Below, piece after piece: positions 26,757 through 38,859 of a stretch of 64,000 nt of DNA; position 1 is the first letter of the stretch, and each line of letters opens with the position of its first letter. A program made the position numbers and the translations under genes. The notes beneath the pieces are model-generated. The model saw only the letters and a list, made by a program, of their open reading frames with translations, did no database searches and had not been told where the DNA came from. Source of the stretch: Eledone cirrhosa (lineage: Eukaryota); assembly GCA_964016885.1 (NCBI GenBank), contig OZ024745.1, positions 25,482,001-25,546,000 on the forward strand, in the 5' to 3' direction.

Positions 26757-29700
26757 ATGGCTATGCTAAGAGTAGGCTGTTTAAATGCGCGTGGCCTGGG
26801 CTCAACTTGGAAGCAAGCAATGCTTCTAAATGACCTCAGGTCACAACGTATAGATGTGATGGTTATTTGCGAGGCCCGGATCAGCAACGTGCGACAGCTG
26901 GCCCCCACCTTTGATGACTTTGAGATGCACGCATCTCTCTGTCAGCCCGGAGGTGGGGGTGGAGTTGTCGTTCTGCTGCAAAAACATCTGGGTCTCGCAA
27001 CACAGATGGTACATTTGGACCCGGAGGGTCGACTAGTGGTTCTGGACCTTGGCAGTGGTAAAGGCGGAGCGTTTAGGTTGGTAGCCGCCTACGGCCCTTT
27101 CGGGTCAATGCGGCCGGACTTCTTCCATCGTCTGGAGACTTTTCTGGGGACGTCCCGCTCCTTGCTATTAGTGGGGGACTGGAATGGTATCCTAGATGCA
27201 CGCTGGGACTACGTAGGGGCCTGCCCCGATAGAGAGGGGTGTAATAGCCTCAAAGGGTTAATCGGTCGATTTGACCTGGCCGATAGATATCGACTAGATT
27301 TTCCGACTGCGCCAACCTGGACTTGGGCAAATCGTAGCGGATCATCTAGGTCGTACCTAGATAGGTTCTTAGTTAGAATTAAGGATAAGGACTTTTTAAG
27401 TTGTCCAAAAATGCGCATGGTTGGCTATTCAGACCACAAATTAGTGACCTGCATGGTCAACCTTGACAGAACTCATAGACAGGGCCCCGGTTACTGGAAG
27501 CTCAACTTGTCCTTGCCGGCAAGTAGAGCCTACAGGAATCGGATTAGTACGTTAGTTAAGGAACGGTTGACTGGAGCGATCGTCAACAGCAGGTGGTGGG
27601 TATCTCTAAAGAGAGAGATTAGAGTAGTCTCGATAGAATTTAGTAAGGTTCTAGCTGCGGATAGGAATAGGAAGGAAAGGGAGCTAATAGATAGAGTAGA
27701 AGAGGCAATTAGAAGCGGCGACGTGGCCAGAGCGCTAGCGTCGAGAACGGCTTTGAGCCAGTTTTTCGACGCGAAGCACGAAGGCTGCGTTGTCCGAAGT
27801 AAAATACGTGCTCTAGGGAACGAGGGGACCAAAGCTGTTAGCTGGGCCCGCGTGACAGAGGCCAACAGTGGAACTAAATCCACCATCCGGTCTTTGCGAG
27901 ACCTGGATGGACGGGCGATTCTTGAGCCTAAGCAGATGTGTGAGGCCTTTCAAAGGCACTTTGCCCGACTGTTCGGGAGGGGCGGGGAGCCGGTTGGGAA
28001 CGTGGACTTCGGTCCATACCTCGACGGCCTGCCGCGCCTCTCGGACAGGGAGGCGAAGTCCTGCGAGGAGCCGATTTCGGCCGCTGAGATAGAGGACGTG
28101 CTGAGCCAATGCGGCAAACGCAAATCCCCGGGTCTCGATGGTCTTCCTTACGAATTATATCTAGCTATGCCGGACTTGTTCCCCGATCTCCTCGAGGCGG
28201 TCTACTGCAACTGGCAACAGAATGGGAGAATTCCCTGTACTGTGACCAAGGGCGTAGTCACGCTAGTGAGGAAGGACGAGAACAAGGGGGACGAAATAAG
28301 TAACTTCAGGCCCATAACTCTGCTAAATACAGAGTTACAGATTTTGGCCAAGGTGCTAGCAAAGAGGTTGGCGCTTGTCGTGGGCAACCTGGTGGGAGAT
28401 GCGCAGACATGCGCTATCCCGTCCAGGTCCATCCATGACAACCTCCACCTCATGCGATACATCATAGAGAGGGTTGGGAACGAACCCGGCTTTGGTGGGG
28501 CTCTGATCAACTTGGATCAATCTAAGGCGTTCGATAGGGTCGACCATGGTTACCTGGATGCGGTGCTAGCGGCGGCAGGCTTCGGACCCGTTTTCAGGGG
28601 CTGGATCACTGCTATGCACAGCAGCCGCATCTGCTCTAGGGTCAAGGTGAACGGCTACCTCTCGGAGCCGTTCAAAATCGCGCGGTCCATCCGACAGGGG
28701 TGCCCTCTCTCCTCCCTTCTGTATGTGTTGACTCTCGAGCCACTACTGCGGAAGTTGGAGTTGTTGCAGGGCATCCCTTTGGAACCGGGATTGCGGAAAG
28801 CGGTGTCGGCCTACGCCGATGACGTGACAGTAATGGTGTCGACGGCCTCCGAAATCGAGGCGGTCGGCACCTTACTGAAGGAGTACGAAAAGTTCACAGG
28901 GGCTAAGCTGAACCGGGACAAGTCGATCGGTTTGCAACTCGGCACGTGGAGGGGCAGACCGATGCCCTCCGATGGCGTCGTCGGACGCTGGACGGAGGGC
29001 CCGGTGAAGTTGCTCGGGGTCTGGTTCGGACCGGACCTCCAGGTGGAGAAAAACTGGGCGGAGGTTACGAACAGGGTGTTTGCACTGACCAAGAAGTGGG
29101 CCAGTTGCAAACTATCCCTGAAAGGTCGGGCGGAGGTGGCGAACACCTACATAGCGTCCGTCATCTACTACCGCCTGACCGTAGTGCCCTGCCCAAGGGA
29201 AACCCTCACCAAGATGGAGCGCGCGCTCTTCCAATTCCTTTGGAAGAGGCGGGCTCCTATGGTGAGGAGATCCATCTGCTGTCAACACCCTTCGAAAGGA
29301 GGGCTGGGGATGCCGTGGCTAATGATGCGTAAACACGCATTAAGGCTACGGCACCTCTACGTATTCCTCACCGGACAACCGGTGTGGGCCTCGTTTGTGA
29401 GGCGAACCTTTCCCAGACTCGTCTCACTCACCGAGCTGCAATCCTGGGTCAAGCAAAGACCGAGAAAACTGGGCGCCTGGCACACTGAGTGTGCCCAGGC
29501 GCTCACCGCCCTCTGGCAGGCGGATCCGGTTATCAGTGGAGACTCCACCGCAACATTCTATAGAGGGCTGGTACGCAGCAGGTGCGACGACGCCCTCGGA
29601 GAAGCCCTAGACATGGAGGAGGACGAACTGGCCAGCCTGTTCGGTAGGACATTCAGCCCGGGACCTATGGACAACTTCCAGAAGTCCCTGGCCTGGCAGT

Positions 29701-30194
29701 GCTACCGAGGGGCTTTACCCGTTCGAGAAAGGCTCTACAGACACGGGCGCCCGGGTAGGGACCCCGCCAAAAAGATCTGTCCCAGATGCGTGTGCGACGA
29801 GGAAACCGTTGCACACGCATTGGTACACTGCTCGGGCGTAGCCGATCTGTGGGGCTATGTCGAACAACTGCTGTCAAGGGTGGAACCGATCCGGTTGACC
29901 ACCGAGTCTATTGTAATGATCAAGCCGCCTCCCCCCTTCAAAGATGAAGCAGAGGCGGTGTTTCTGTGCGTAATAGCCATGGCGAAAGAGGTTGTATGGT
30001 GGACGCGTCTGAAAGGACTGAGGTCAGGCACCTTTCTCTCTGGCCAACAACTGGTCCGTTTCTTCCGATATCATTTCGGAAGAAGGATCAGGATGGAGAG
30101 AGAGGTGCTGCACCCCAGCCGTTTCTATGAAAGATGGGTGAAAGTGGCGAGAATGGCCCGTGTGAATGGGCCTTCACTCTACATCAGACTATAG
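26757..30194 (+). CDS. Tx1 ORF2: AP endonuclease, reverse transcriptase and C-terminal zinc motif
   Basis: APE motifs CLNARGL, GDWN, LDRFL, SDH; RT motifs SPGLDG, FRPITLLN, DQSKAFDRV, RQGCPLS, YADD; CPRC..ETVAHALVHC; ATG at 26757 in CCAACATGG context. Confidence 0.96.
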   Translation: MAMLRVGCLNARGLGSTWKQAMLLNDLRSQRIDVMVICEARISNVRQLAPTFDDFEMHASLCQPGGGGGVVVLLQKHLGLATQMVHLDPEGRLVVLDLGSGKGGAFRLVAAYGPFGSMRPDFFHRLETFLGTSRSLLLVGDWNGILDARWDYVGACPDREGCNSLKGLIGRFDLADRYRLDFPTAPTWTWANRSGSSRSYLDRFLVRIKDKDFLSCPKMRMVGYSDHKLVTCMVNLDRTHRQGPGYWKLNLSLPASRAYRNRISTLVKERLTGAIVNSRWWVSLKREIRVVSIEFSKVLAADRNRKERELIDRVEEAIRSGDVARALASRTALSQFFDAKHEGCVVRSKIRALGNEGTKAVSWARVTEANSGTKSTIRSLRDLDGRAILEPKQMCEAFQRHFARLFGRGGEPVGNVDFGPYLDGLPRLSDREAKSCEEPISAAEIEDVLSQCGKRKSPGLDGLPYELYLAMPDLFPDLLEAVYCNWQQNGRIPCTVTKGVVTLVRKDENKGDEISNFRPITLLNTELQILAKVLAKRLALVVGNLVGDAQTCAIPSRSIHDNLHLMRYIIERVGNEPGFGGALINLDQSKAFDRVDHGYLDAVLAAAGFGPVFRGWITAMHSSRICSRVKVNGYLSEPFKIARSIRQGCPLSSLLYVLTLEPLLRKLELLQGIPLEPGLRKAVSAYADDVTVMVSTASEIEAVGTLLKEYEKFTGAKLNRDKSIGLQLGTWRGRPMPSDGVVGRWTEGPVKLLGVWFGPDLQVEKNWAEVTNRVFALTKKWASCKLSLKGRAEVANTYIASVIYYRLTVVPCPRETLTKMERALFQFLWKRRAPMVRRSICCQHPSKGGLGMPWLMMRKHALRLRHLYVFLTGQPVWASFVRRTFPRLVSLTELQSWVKQRPRKLGAWHTECAQALTALWQADPVISGDSTATFYRGLVRSRCDDALGEALDMEEDELASLFGRTFSPGPMDNFQKSLAWQCYRGALPVRERLYRHGRPGRDPAKKICPRCVCDEETVAHALVHCSGVADLWGYVEQLLSRVEPIRLTTESIVMIKPPPPFKDEAEAVFLCVIAMAKEVVWWTRLKGLRSGTFLSGQQLVRFFRYHFGRRIRMEREVLHPSRFYERWVKVARMARVNGPSLYIRL

Positions 30195-30458
30195 GTGAGG
30201 AAGATGAAAGACCAAGGGAGCACCCCTTCTCTGTGCTCCTGAGGAGAAGGGTTGCACACTTTTTTCGGGGGTGTGTGCGACCCCCCAAGGCGCCTCCTCT
30301 CTATTGAGGATTTTGTTAAAAATTTTATTTTTTGTTATATCTTATTTTATTTTTATATTTTGTTATTGCCTCCTCCTTATTGAGGACGCCTTTTTGTGTA
30401 AACTCCCCCCTTTGTACTTGTCCCACTTTTGATGCCCTAGTGGCAAATAAAAGAAATA

Positions 30459-30659
<201 letters not shown>

Positions 30660-30700
30660 TTCAAAATATTAACAAAAATAGACATTCGTGTGATCAAGTA

Positions 30701-30767
30701 TATTTTATTATACATATTTCAGAGGTACTGAGCTAACTTCAACAGTACGTCGTCATCAGATAAAATA
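30701..30767 (-). ncRNA. minimal type-I hammerhead ribozyme (family H1)
   Basis: Minus strand: TATTTTAT-CTGATGA-CGAC-GTACTG..CAGTAC-CTCT-GAAA-TATGTA-TA-ATAAAATA. Confidence 0.8.
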
Positions 30768-31300
30768 AGATGATACATGACATGCCCTGACATAGTAGAT
30801 GGTTAAGATTCAGTCATGGTAGTGAATAAAATAAGACAAAACTCAATATTTATATACCTTAAGATTGAGACATGAAAAAATTTACATATAATACAGAGGG
30901 TGCGTGTGAGAAAGCTTAAAATTTCTGTTGAATGCTCCCAATCTGTGCGTGTGAGAAAGCTTAAAAGTATGTTGAGTGCTTCCAATCTATTGTAAAACTC
31001 ATTCTTTGATTTATTCATTGAACCTTATTTAACCTTTATATATATATATATATAATAAGGAGTTGACGGACCCAGCATATTTATCGATGCCAGTACCAGT
31101 TGTATCTCGGCGTACTCAATAGGCAATATAAGATACATTCCCAGAGTATACACATAGTTATTCGCTTCAATACAACACACGTAAAACGGGTGCCTATAAT
31201 AGTTCCCGGACTCGAGTTTCGGCCACCACCAGACTTAATGCAACAGTAAGTTGCACTGCACCCTCAGTCTTCATATATTATGCAACAATGCATAATCGGC

Positions 31301-31385
<85 letters not shown>

Positions 31386-31603
31386 TAAGTTAAAAATGTA
31401 CATCCACATATGTATACTGAAATACTAGTATGCATATGAATACACACACGTATACATATGTAGATGTACCAAGTCTTTCACTGGTTACTTTACTGTGAGT
31501 ATCCAGCTATTCTGTATGTAAACACACAGACAAACCGGTTTTTAGAGTCATACTGGTTTTTGAGGAAACACCTTTCCTCTATTCTCCAGAAAGCCAGACA
31601 AGG

Positions 31604-31648
31604 AATATTGAACTAGTTTCGTTGTTGTTACAACTCATCAGCAATATT
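31604..31648 (-). ncRNA. minimal type-I hammerhead ribozyme (family H2)
   Basis: AATATTG-CTGATGA-GTTGT AACA ACAAC-GAAA-CTAG-TT-CAATATT. Confidence 0.85.
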
Positions 31649-31924
31649 TACCTATCTACCGGCCTTTCTGGAGAATCGTAAAAGCACATATCGTTATATG
31701 CTTTTTCTATGAAAATTAGTAGTGGGCAGACTAATTTGCATAGAGTGTGAGTACGTACCGGTTCAACGGAGACGATAAAAACAAATAACGAAACGAAATT
31801 AAATTTCGTTTCGTTTGTAACTCACTTTTGTATGACTGACGCTTAAACAATTAAGTTAAAAATGTACATCCACATATGTATACTGAAATACTAGTATGCA
31901 TATGAATACACACACGTATACATT

Positions 31925-32129
31925 TTACATACAGAATAGCTGGATACTCACAGTAAAGTAACCAGTGAAAGACTTGGTACATCTACATATGTATACGTGT
32001 GTGTATTCATATGCATACTAGTATTTCAGTATACATATGTGGATGTACATTTTTAACTTAATTGTTTAAGCGTCAGTCATACAAAAGTGAGTTACAAACG
32101 AAACGAAATTTAATTTCGTTTCGTTATTT

Positions 32130-32208
<79 letters not shown>

Positions 32209-32817
32209 TAAAAAGGAATAATAGATAAAATATACCTATTTTTCTTTGGTCCCGACTGTACAGTTTCGCTGGTCACTATGCAAAAATCTTATATCATACA
32301 TACGTATGTATACACATATATTTGTATACCTCTCATTATTGTAGATATATATATATATATTTGTAAGCGTAAAGAGAACAGTTTCGACGCAGGTTTTTGA
32401 TAATGAAAAATAGTTTAACAAGTTAGGGATATCAGCTCATGGAGAAAGGAAAAAAAGGACACCATTGTTTGTGGAGTTCGAACTAACACCTGTTGAAGCT
32501 AAAGCAGATAGGTAAAATTTCCCGCTATTTTACACCTTATCTTTTCGGCGCAGAATGTAAATAAACAATAGTATTTTTTAATGAAAGAATGTATCAGTCT
32601 ACTCTGGTGCAACTGGTAAGGCAGCCACCCGGCATATGCCAGGTGGGTGGTTGTGTCCCATAGGCAATGCTGTCTATATTTTTTTGTTATTAGGAGCTGA
32701 TATACTCAACTTGTTAAATTATTTTTCATAGTCAAAAACCCGCGTTGAAGCTGTTAACTTTAAGCTAATAAATTTTCAAAAATTCATATTCACTCGACGT
32801 TTCTCAAAGTTACAGTT

Positions 32818-32886
<69 letters not shown>

Positions 32887-33088
32887 GTGTGTGTGTGTGT
32901 GTGTGTGTGTGCATGTGTGTGTAATTCAGTGGTTTACTGGTGGCGGTGTGAGGACTTGATGCAGAGGCATAATGTATATATCAATAAAGTTTCGTTTACA
33001 TGTGTTTATTGAGCCAATCATCTGTGAAACGCGCGTAACAAATCGATAATCAATAAGATAAATGTTTACGAAACTTTATCTCTCTCTC

Positions 33089-33183
<95 letters not shown>

Positions 33184-33477
33184 CAATATTCCTTGTCTGG
33201 CTTTCTGGAGAATAGAGGAAAGGTGTTTCCTCAAAAACCAGTATGACTCTAAAAACCGGTTTGTCTGTGTGTTTACATACAGAATAGCTGGACACTCACA
33301 GTAAAGTGACCAGTGAAAAACTCGGTACATCTACATATGTATACGTGTGTGTATTCATATGCATACTAGTATTTCAGTATACATATGTGGATGTACATTT
33401 TTAACTTAATTGTTTAAGCGTCAGTCATACAAAAGTGAGTTACAAACGAAACGAAATTTAATTTCGTTTCGTTATTT

Positions 33478-33558
<81 letters not shown>

Positions 33559-34168
33559 TAAAAAGGAATAATAGATAAAATATACCTATTTTTTCTTTGG
33601 TCCCGACTGTACAGTTTCGCTGGTCACTATGCAAAAATCTTATATCATACATACGTATGTATACACATATATTTGTATACCTCTCATTATTGTATATATA
33701 TATATATATATTTGTAAGCGTAAAGAGAACAGTTTCGACGCAGGTTTTTGATAATGAAAAATAGTTTAACAAGTTAGGGATATCAGCTCATGGAGAAAGG
33801 AAAAAAAGGACACCATTGTTTGTGGAGTTCGAACTAACACCTGTTGAAGCTAAAGCAGATAGGTAAAATTTCCCGCTATTTTACACCTTATCTTTTCGGC
33901 GCAGAATGTAAATAAACAATAGTATTTTTTAATGAAAGAATGTATCAGTCTACTCTGGTGCAACTGGTAAGGCAGCCACCCGGCATATGCCAGGTGGGTG
34001 GTTGTGTCCCATAGGCAATGCTGTCTATATTTTTTTGTTATTAGGAGCTGATATACTCAACTTGTTAAATTATTTTTCATAGTCAAAAACCCGCGTTGAA
34101 GCTGTTAACTTTAAGCTAATAAATTTTCAAAAATTCATATTCACTCGACGTTTCTCAAAGTTACAGTT

Positions 34169-34242
<74 letters not shown>

Positions 34243-34426
34243 CGTGTGTGTGTGTGTGTGTGCATGTGTGTGTAATTCAGTGGTTTACTGGTGGCGGTGT
34301 GAGGACTTGATGCAGAGGCATAATGTATATATCAATAAAGTTTCGTTTATATGTGTTTATTGAGCCAATCATCTGTGAAACGCGCGTAACAAATCGATAA
34401 TCAATAAGATAAATGTTTACGAAACT

Positions 34427-34523
<97 letters not shown>

Positions 34524-34815
34524 CAATATTCCTTGTCTGGCTTTCTGGAGAATAGAGGAAAGGTGTTTCCTCAAAAACCAGTATGACTCTAAAAACCGGT
34601 TTGTCTGTGTGTTTACATACAGAATAGCTGGACACTCACAGTAAAGTGACCAGTGAAAAACTCGGTACATCTACATATGTATACCTGTGTGTATTCATAT
34701 GCATACTAGTATTTCAGTATACATATGTGGATGTACATTTTTAACTTAATTGTTTAAGCGTCAGTCATACAAAAGTGAGTTACAAACGAAACGAAATTTA
34801 ATTTCGTTTCGTTAT
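31925..34815. repeat. about 1.35-kb tandem segmental duplication
   Basis: 32200-33130 is nearly identical to 33550-34470 apart from microsatellite lengths. Confidence 0.9.
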
Positions 34816-34951
34816 TTGTTTTTATCGTCTCCGTTGAACCGGTACGTACTCACGCTCTATGCAAATTAGTCTGCCCACTACTAATTTTCATAGAAAAAGC
34901 ATATAACGATATGTGCTTTTACGATTCTCTAGAAAGGCCGGAAGATAGGTA

Positions 34952-34996
34952 AATATTGCTGATGAGTTGTAACAACAACGAAACTAGTTCAATATT
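34952..34996 (+). ncRNA. minimal type-I hammerhead ribozyme (family H2)
   Basis: Same motif as 31604-31648; predicted cleavage after GTT at 34989. Confidence 0.85.
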
Positions 34997-35283
34997 CCTT
35001 GTCTGGCTTTCTGGAGAATAGAGGAAAGGTGTTTCCTCAAAAACCAGTATGACTCTAAAAACCGGTTTGTCTGTGTGTTTACATACAGAATAGCTGGACA
35101 CTCACAGTAAAGTGACCAGTGAAAAACTCGGTACATCTACATATGTATACGTGTGTGTATTCATATGCATACTAGTATTTCAGTATACATATGTGGATGT
35201 ACATTTTTAACTTAATTGTTTAAGCGTCAGTCATACAAAAGTGAGTTACAAACGAAACGAAATTTAATTTCGTTTCGTTATTT

Positions 35284-35338
<55 letters not shown>

Positions 35339-35548
35339 TTATGTTAGGCTGTTTACCAAAGGGTTGAACTGGTGGTTTGGGTTGGTTAACGATGATGCAA
35401 CAAATTAATTAAAGTACTCAACGTTATACAAATCATCCATCGTAGATGTGCTATCCAGTGGTTAGTGCAGGACTGGAGTAAAGTATTTATTAAAAGAACA
35501 ACAGTAGGCCGGACTTGAAAATTTACTTAAGAATTTTAATCCCACGAA

Positions 35549-35626
35549 AGCACTATATATATTTCGAAGGCCCCAGCTGTATCATCCAATTGTGATGCAA
35601 GACTTAGGCGATTTCATCAGGTGTTA
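35549..35626 (-). ncRNA. candidate degenerate hammerhead ribozyme
   Basis: CAC-CTGATGA, long imperfect stem II, GAAA-TATATA-TA-GTG. Confidence 0.45.
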
Positions 35627-36111
35627 ATTGCAGAATTATGTGAGGGGATTACGCTGAACCCAAACATAGAATAGAAGATAGGAGATAGAAAGAATAGAAG
35701 ATAGAAAATAGTGGACTGATTCTATTCGGGGACAGTCTGTTAATTTGGTGTTATATCGATAATAGATGGGGACCGTCTGTTAAAATGTCACACCCAACAT
35801 AAACATCCAAACTGAATGAACTGAATAGGTTGTAGGGATCCTCATTCGTTGAAATCAACGGGGGAGCCTATCATATAAATATATATATATGTGTGTGTGT
35901 GTATGTGTGTGTGTGCAAAATGCCATGGAAATCCAACACGGGAGAACAATATTGTATAAAGATGATATATATTAGTTTAACGATATATTAGGAAAATAAC
36001 CTTAACTTTTCGGCCGTTAGTCCTTCATCGGAAGATGGGAAAAGAGATAGATGAAAAAATAGAAAGATAGATGACAGTAAGAAAAGAAACATTTAAAACG
36101 CTTCTTAGGAG

Positions 36112-36146
<35 letters not shown>

Positions 36147-36261
36147 TTACATACGTATACATACACATTTATGTACATACATACATGCTCTCTCTCTCTC
36201 ACACACAAACTCTCGCACACACATATATGTATGTGTGTATGTATACAAGTGTGTGTGTATG

Positions 36262-37380
36262 TGTGGCACTATTTGTCTCTCGCCTACGTCAATACTACAT
36301 CACCTTGACGACATAGGGTGGCAACAGGCCACTTTACCGGTCAGGTATGGCGGCCTAGGCCACCGGTCCCCGATCTCACTAGCTTTGCCGGCGTATCTTT
36401 CGTCGGTAATCTCGACCGCGTCCTCGTCAGCAGGGTTCTTCAAAACACAACAGAACCCTCTGTGTTCAGAGAACGTGAGGCCGCCTGTGAGACGTGGGAC
36501 CGAATGGGACTTAGCCCAGTAGACGTCCCTCCTCTTTCTCCCCCTGTTGACGTCAAGTCCCCCCAACGCACTTGGGATGCCATCCAGTGCAGCCTGGCCT
36601 CAGACAGGCTCACGCGCCAGCTCGACCAGCACCGCCTTGGTTGTTTTCGTGCGGCCTCCAAACCCCACAGTGGTGCCTGGCTCCATGCTCTGCCCTCCTT
36701 CTCCACTGGCACGCAGCTAGACAACCATAGCCTGCGAATCAGAGTTTCGCTGAGGCTCGGCCTCCGGATCTGCCAGCCATACCAATGTCGCTGCGGTTCC
36801 ACCGTGGACTCTTTCGGCCTCCACCCACTTTCCTGTCGCCACAGTGCCGGCCGCATTCCACGCCATACTGCCCTCAACGAGGTCATTAAGCATGGCTTGG
36901 ACGCTGCAGGCTTCCCTTCCCAGCTCGGGGGGACGGGAAAAGGATCGAGGGGACGGCAAAAGGCCAGATGGTATGACCATCTTCCCGTTCCGCGGTGGCA
37001 AACCCCTCGTCTGGGATGTCACTTGCACCGACACTTTCTGCATCCACAACCTGGTGCAGTCTGCGACTGACCAAGACTATGCTGCACGTCGGGCTGAGGG
37101 GACCAAACTCCTCAAATACCGGTTGCTCTTCGACAGGTTTGCGGTCGTTCCCCTGGCAGTAGAAACTTCTGGTGTCCTCGGCCCCAGGGCTACCTCCTTA
37201 CTCACCACCATAGGCGCTGAGCTGGCAAGCCGTAGGTGTGAGCCCCGCGAGTTGGAGTGGCTTTTCCAGCGCGTCTCCCTTGCCGTCCTCCGGGGAAACG
37301 CCTTCTCCATTCTGTCCGCCGGGGCTGTGGGTGGGCATCATCGCGTACCATTACATTAGTTAAATACCATTCTTTCATCT
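36262..37380 (+). mobile_element. 5'-truncated CRE-like (restriction-like endonuclease) non-LTR retrotransposon with two frameshifts
   Basis: WQQATLPVRYGGLG, SGAWLHALP, CRCG..DSFGLHPLSC, RHTALNEVI, KRPDG..WDVT (PD..D), K..KY, PLAVETSG, FQRVSLAVLRGNA. Confidence 0.88.
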
Positions 37381-37574
37381 CATATAACTGACTGTTTTTT
37401 TTCTTTGTGATATTAAGATCGGCCATTTTAGCAACATGTCTGAAAGTTTGTTAGTTTTAGCTGTAGTCTTAATCAAAGTACTGAACATCAGAACCAGAAG
37501 AACATAAATGATAACTACATCGCCTTTACTACAGATTTTCAATAAGGTTATAGACGCCACTACTTGCTCCAATA

Positions 37575-37970
37575 TTACCACCAACACCACCACCATCACC
37601 ACCACCATCACCACCATAACCACCACTAATCACAGCCATAACTGCCACCACCACCACCACCATCACCACTACCATCACCACCATAACCACCACGAATCAC
37701 CGCCATAACTCCCACCACCACCACCACCACTAATCACTGCCATAACTGCCACCACCACCACCACTACCATCACCACCATAACCACCACCATAACCACCAC
37801 TAATCACCGCCATAACTGCCACCACCACCACCACCACCATCACCACCATAACCACCACTAATCACAGCCATAACTGCCACCACCACCACCACCATCACCA
37901 CTACCATCACCACCATAACCACCACTAATCACCGCCATAACTGCCACCACCACCACCATCATCACTACCT
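37575..37970. repeat. ACC-derived minisatellite
   Basis: Recurring ACCATAACCACCACTAATCACCGCCATAACTGCC units. Confidence 0.9.
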
Positions 37971-38859
37971 GTAGTCAACATGCTGTCTTTAAGTATTCCC
38001 TTACCCCGATACAACTGTCACAGTGTTATTGATGACGGCTATTCAAGATGGGTCCAGAAGTAGGGTGAGTGAGGACAGACGCAACTGGATGGTCGGGGTA
38101 AGAGGCTCTTTCCAATAGCACTTAAATTTCAACAGAACCACCATTAGCGCCAACACTAATAGTGCCTACCTCTAAAGCTTTCAGCCAGACGAAATCACCG
38201 CAAGATCTGTCTATCACCACCATCACCACCACCCACATCAATCGAACAATCATCAACGCCACCTAATCATCCACACCCTTCCTCCGCCTCCCCCTCCTCC
38301 CCCTCCTCCTCCACCACCTCCTCCTCCTCCTCCGCCTCCGCCTCCTCCTCCTCCTCCTCCTCCTCCCCCTCATCATCATCATCCTCATCATCGTCATCGT
38401 CAACGTTGCTATCACCATCGGTTTTATCCGACGCTCTATCGATTCTGCCAATCTGACGCTACATATTTGGTTCAAGGAATTTAATCAACTCCATTACTTC
38501 CATGGTATTTCATTTTATCGACCCCATAATAATAAAACGGAAAGCTTGATTTGGGTAGGAACTAAAACTAGTACAAACAGGGAAGTAACTAAATGCCACA
38601 AAGTGTTTTCGATGCTCAACACAGTCAGGATAATTTTGTGGAAACTGGTCCATGATTTCCTTAACCTTGGTGATGCAATTTCTGAAGAATTCAACAGTAA
38701 GAATTCTTTCTCGTTTCACTGGTTCTACAGAAGGGTTTTTAATTTCATTTCGAAAGTATTGCTAAGTTAACTCCTGCAACTCATATCCATATAAAATTTT
38801 ACTAGCAGACTTAACTCTTACAAATCTTCCCCATTGATATCATGCATTGTTTTATTGAT

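Larger units (their letters stand above)
24727..30458 (+). mobile_element. full-length Tx1-clade (L1 group) non-LTR retrotransposon
   Basis: 5'UTR, ORF1 with CCHC knuckle, uninterrupted ORF2 (APE-RT-Zn), 3'UTR ending AATAAAAGAAA; (TATC)n at 24705-24726 and 30459-30558. Confidence 0.95.
31381..35288. mobile_element. cluster of a 466-bp-monomer HHR element (inverted copy 31381-31922; forward copies 31925-32133, 33181-33481, 34521-35288)
   Basis: 466-bp period seen on both strands (31381/31847 and 34521/34987); copies bounded by (TA)n. Confidence 0.85.
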
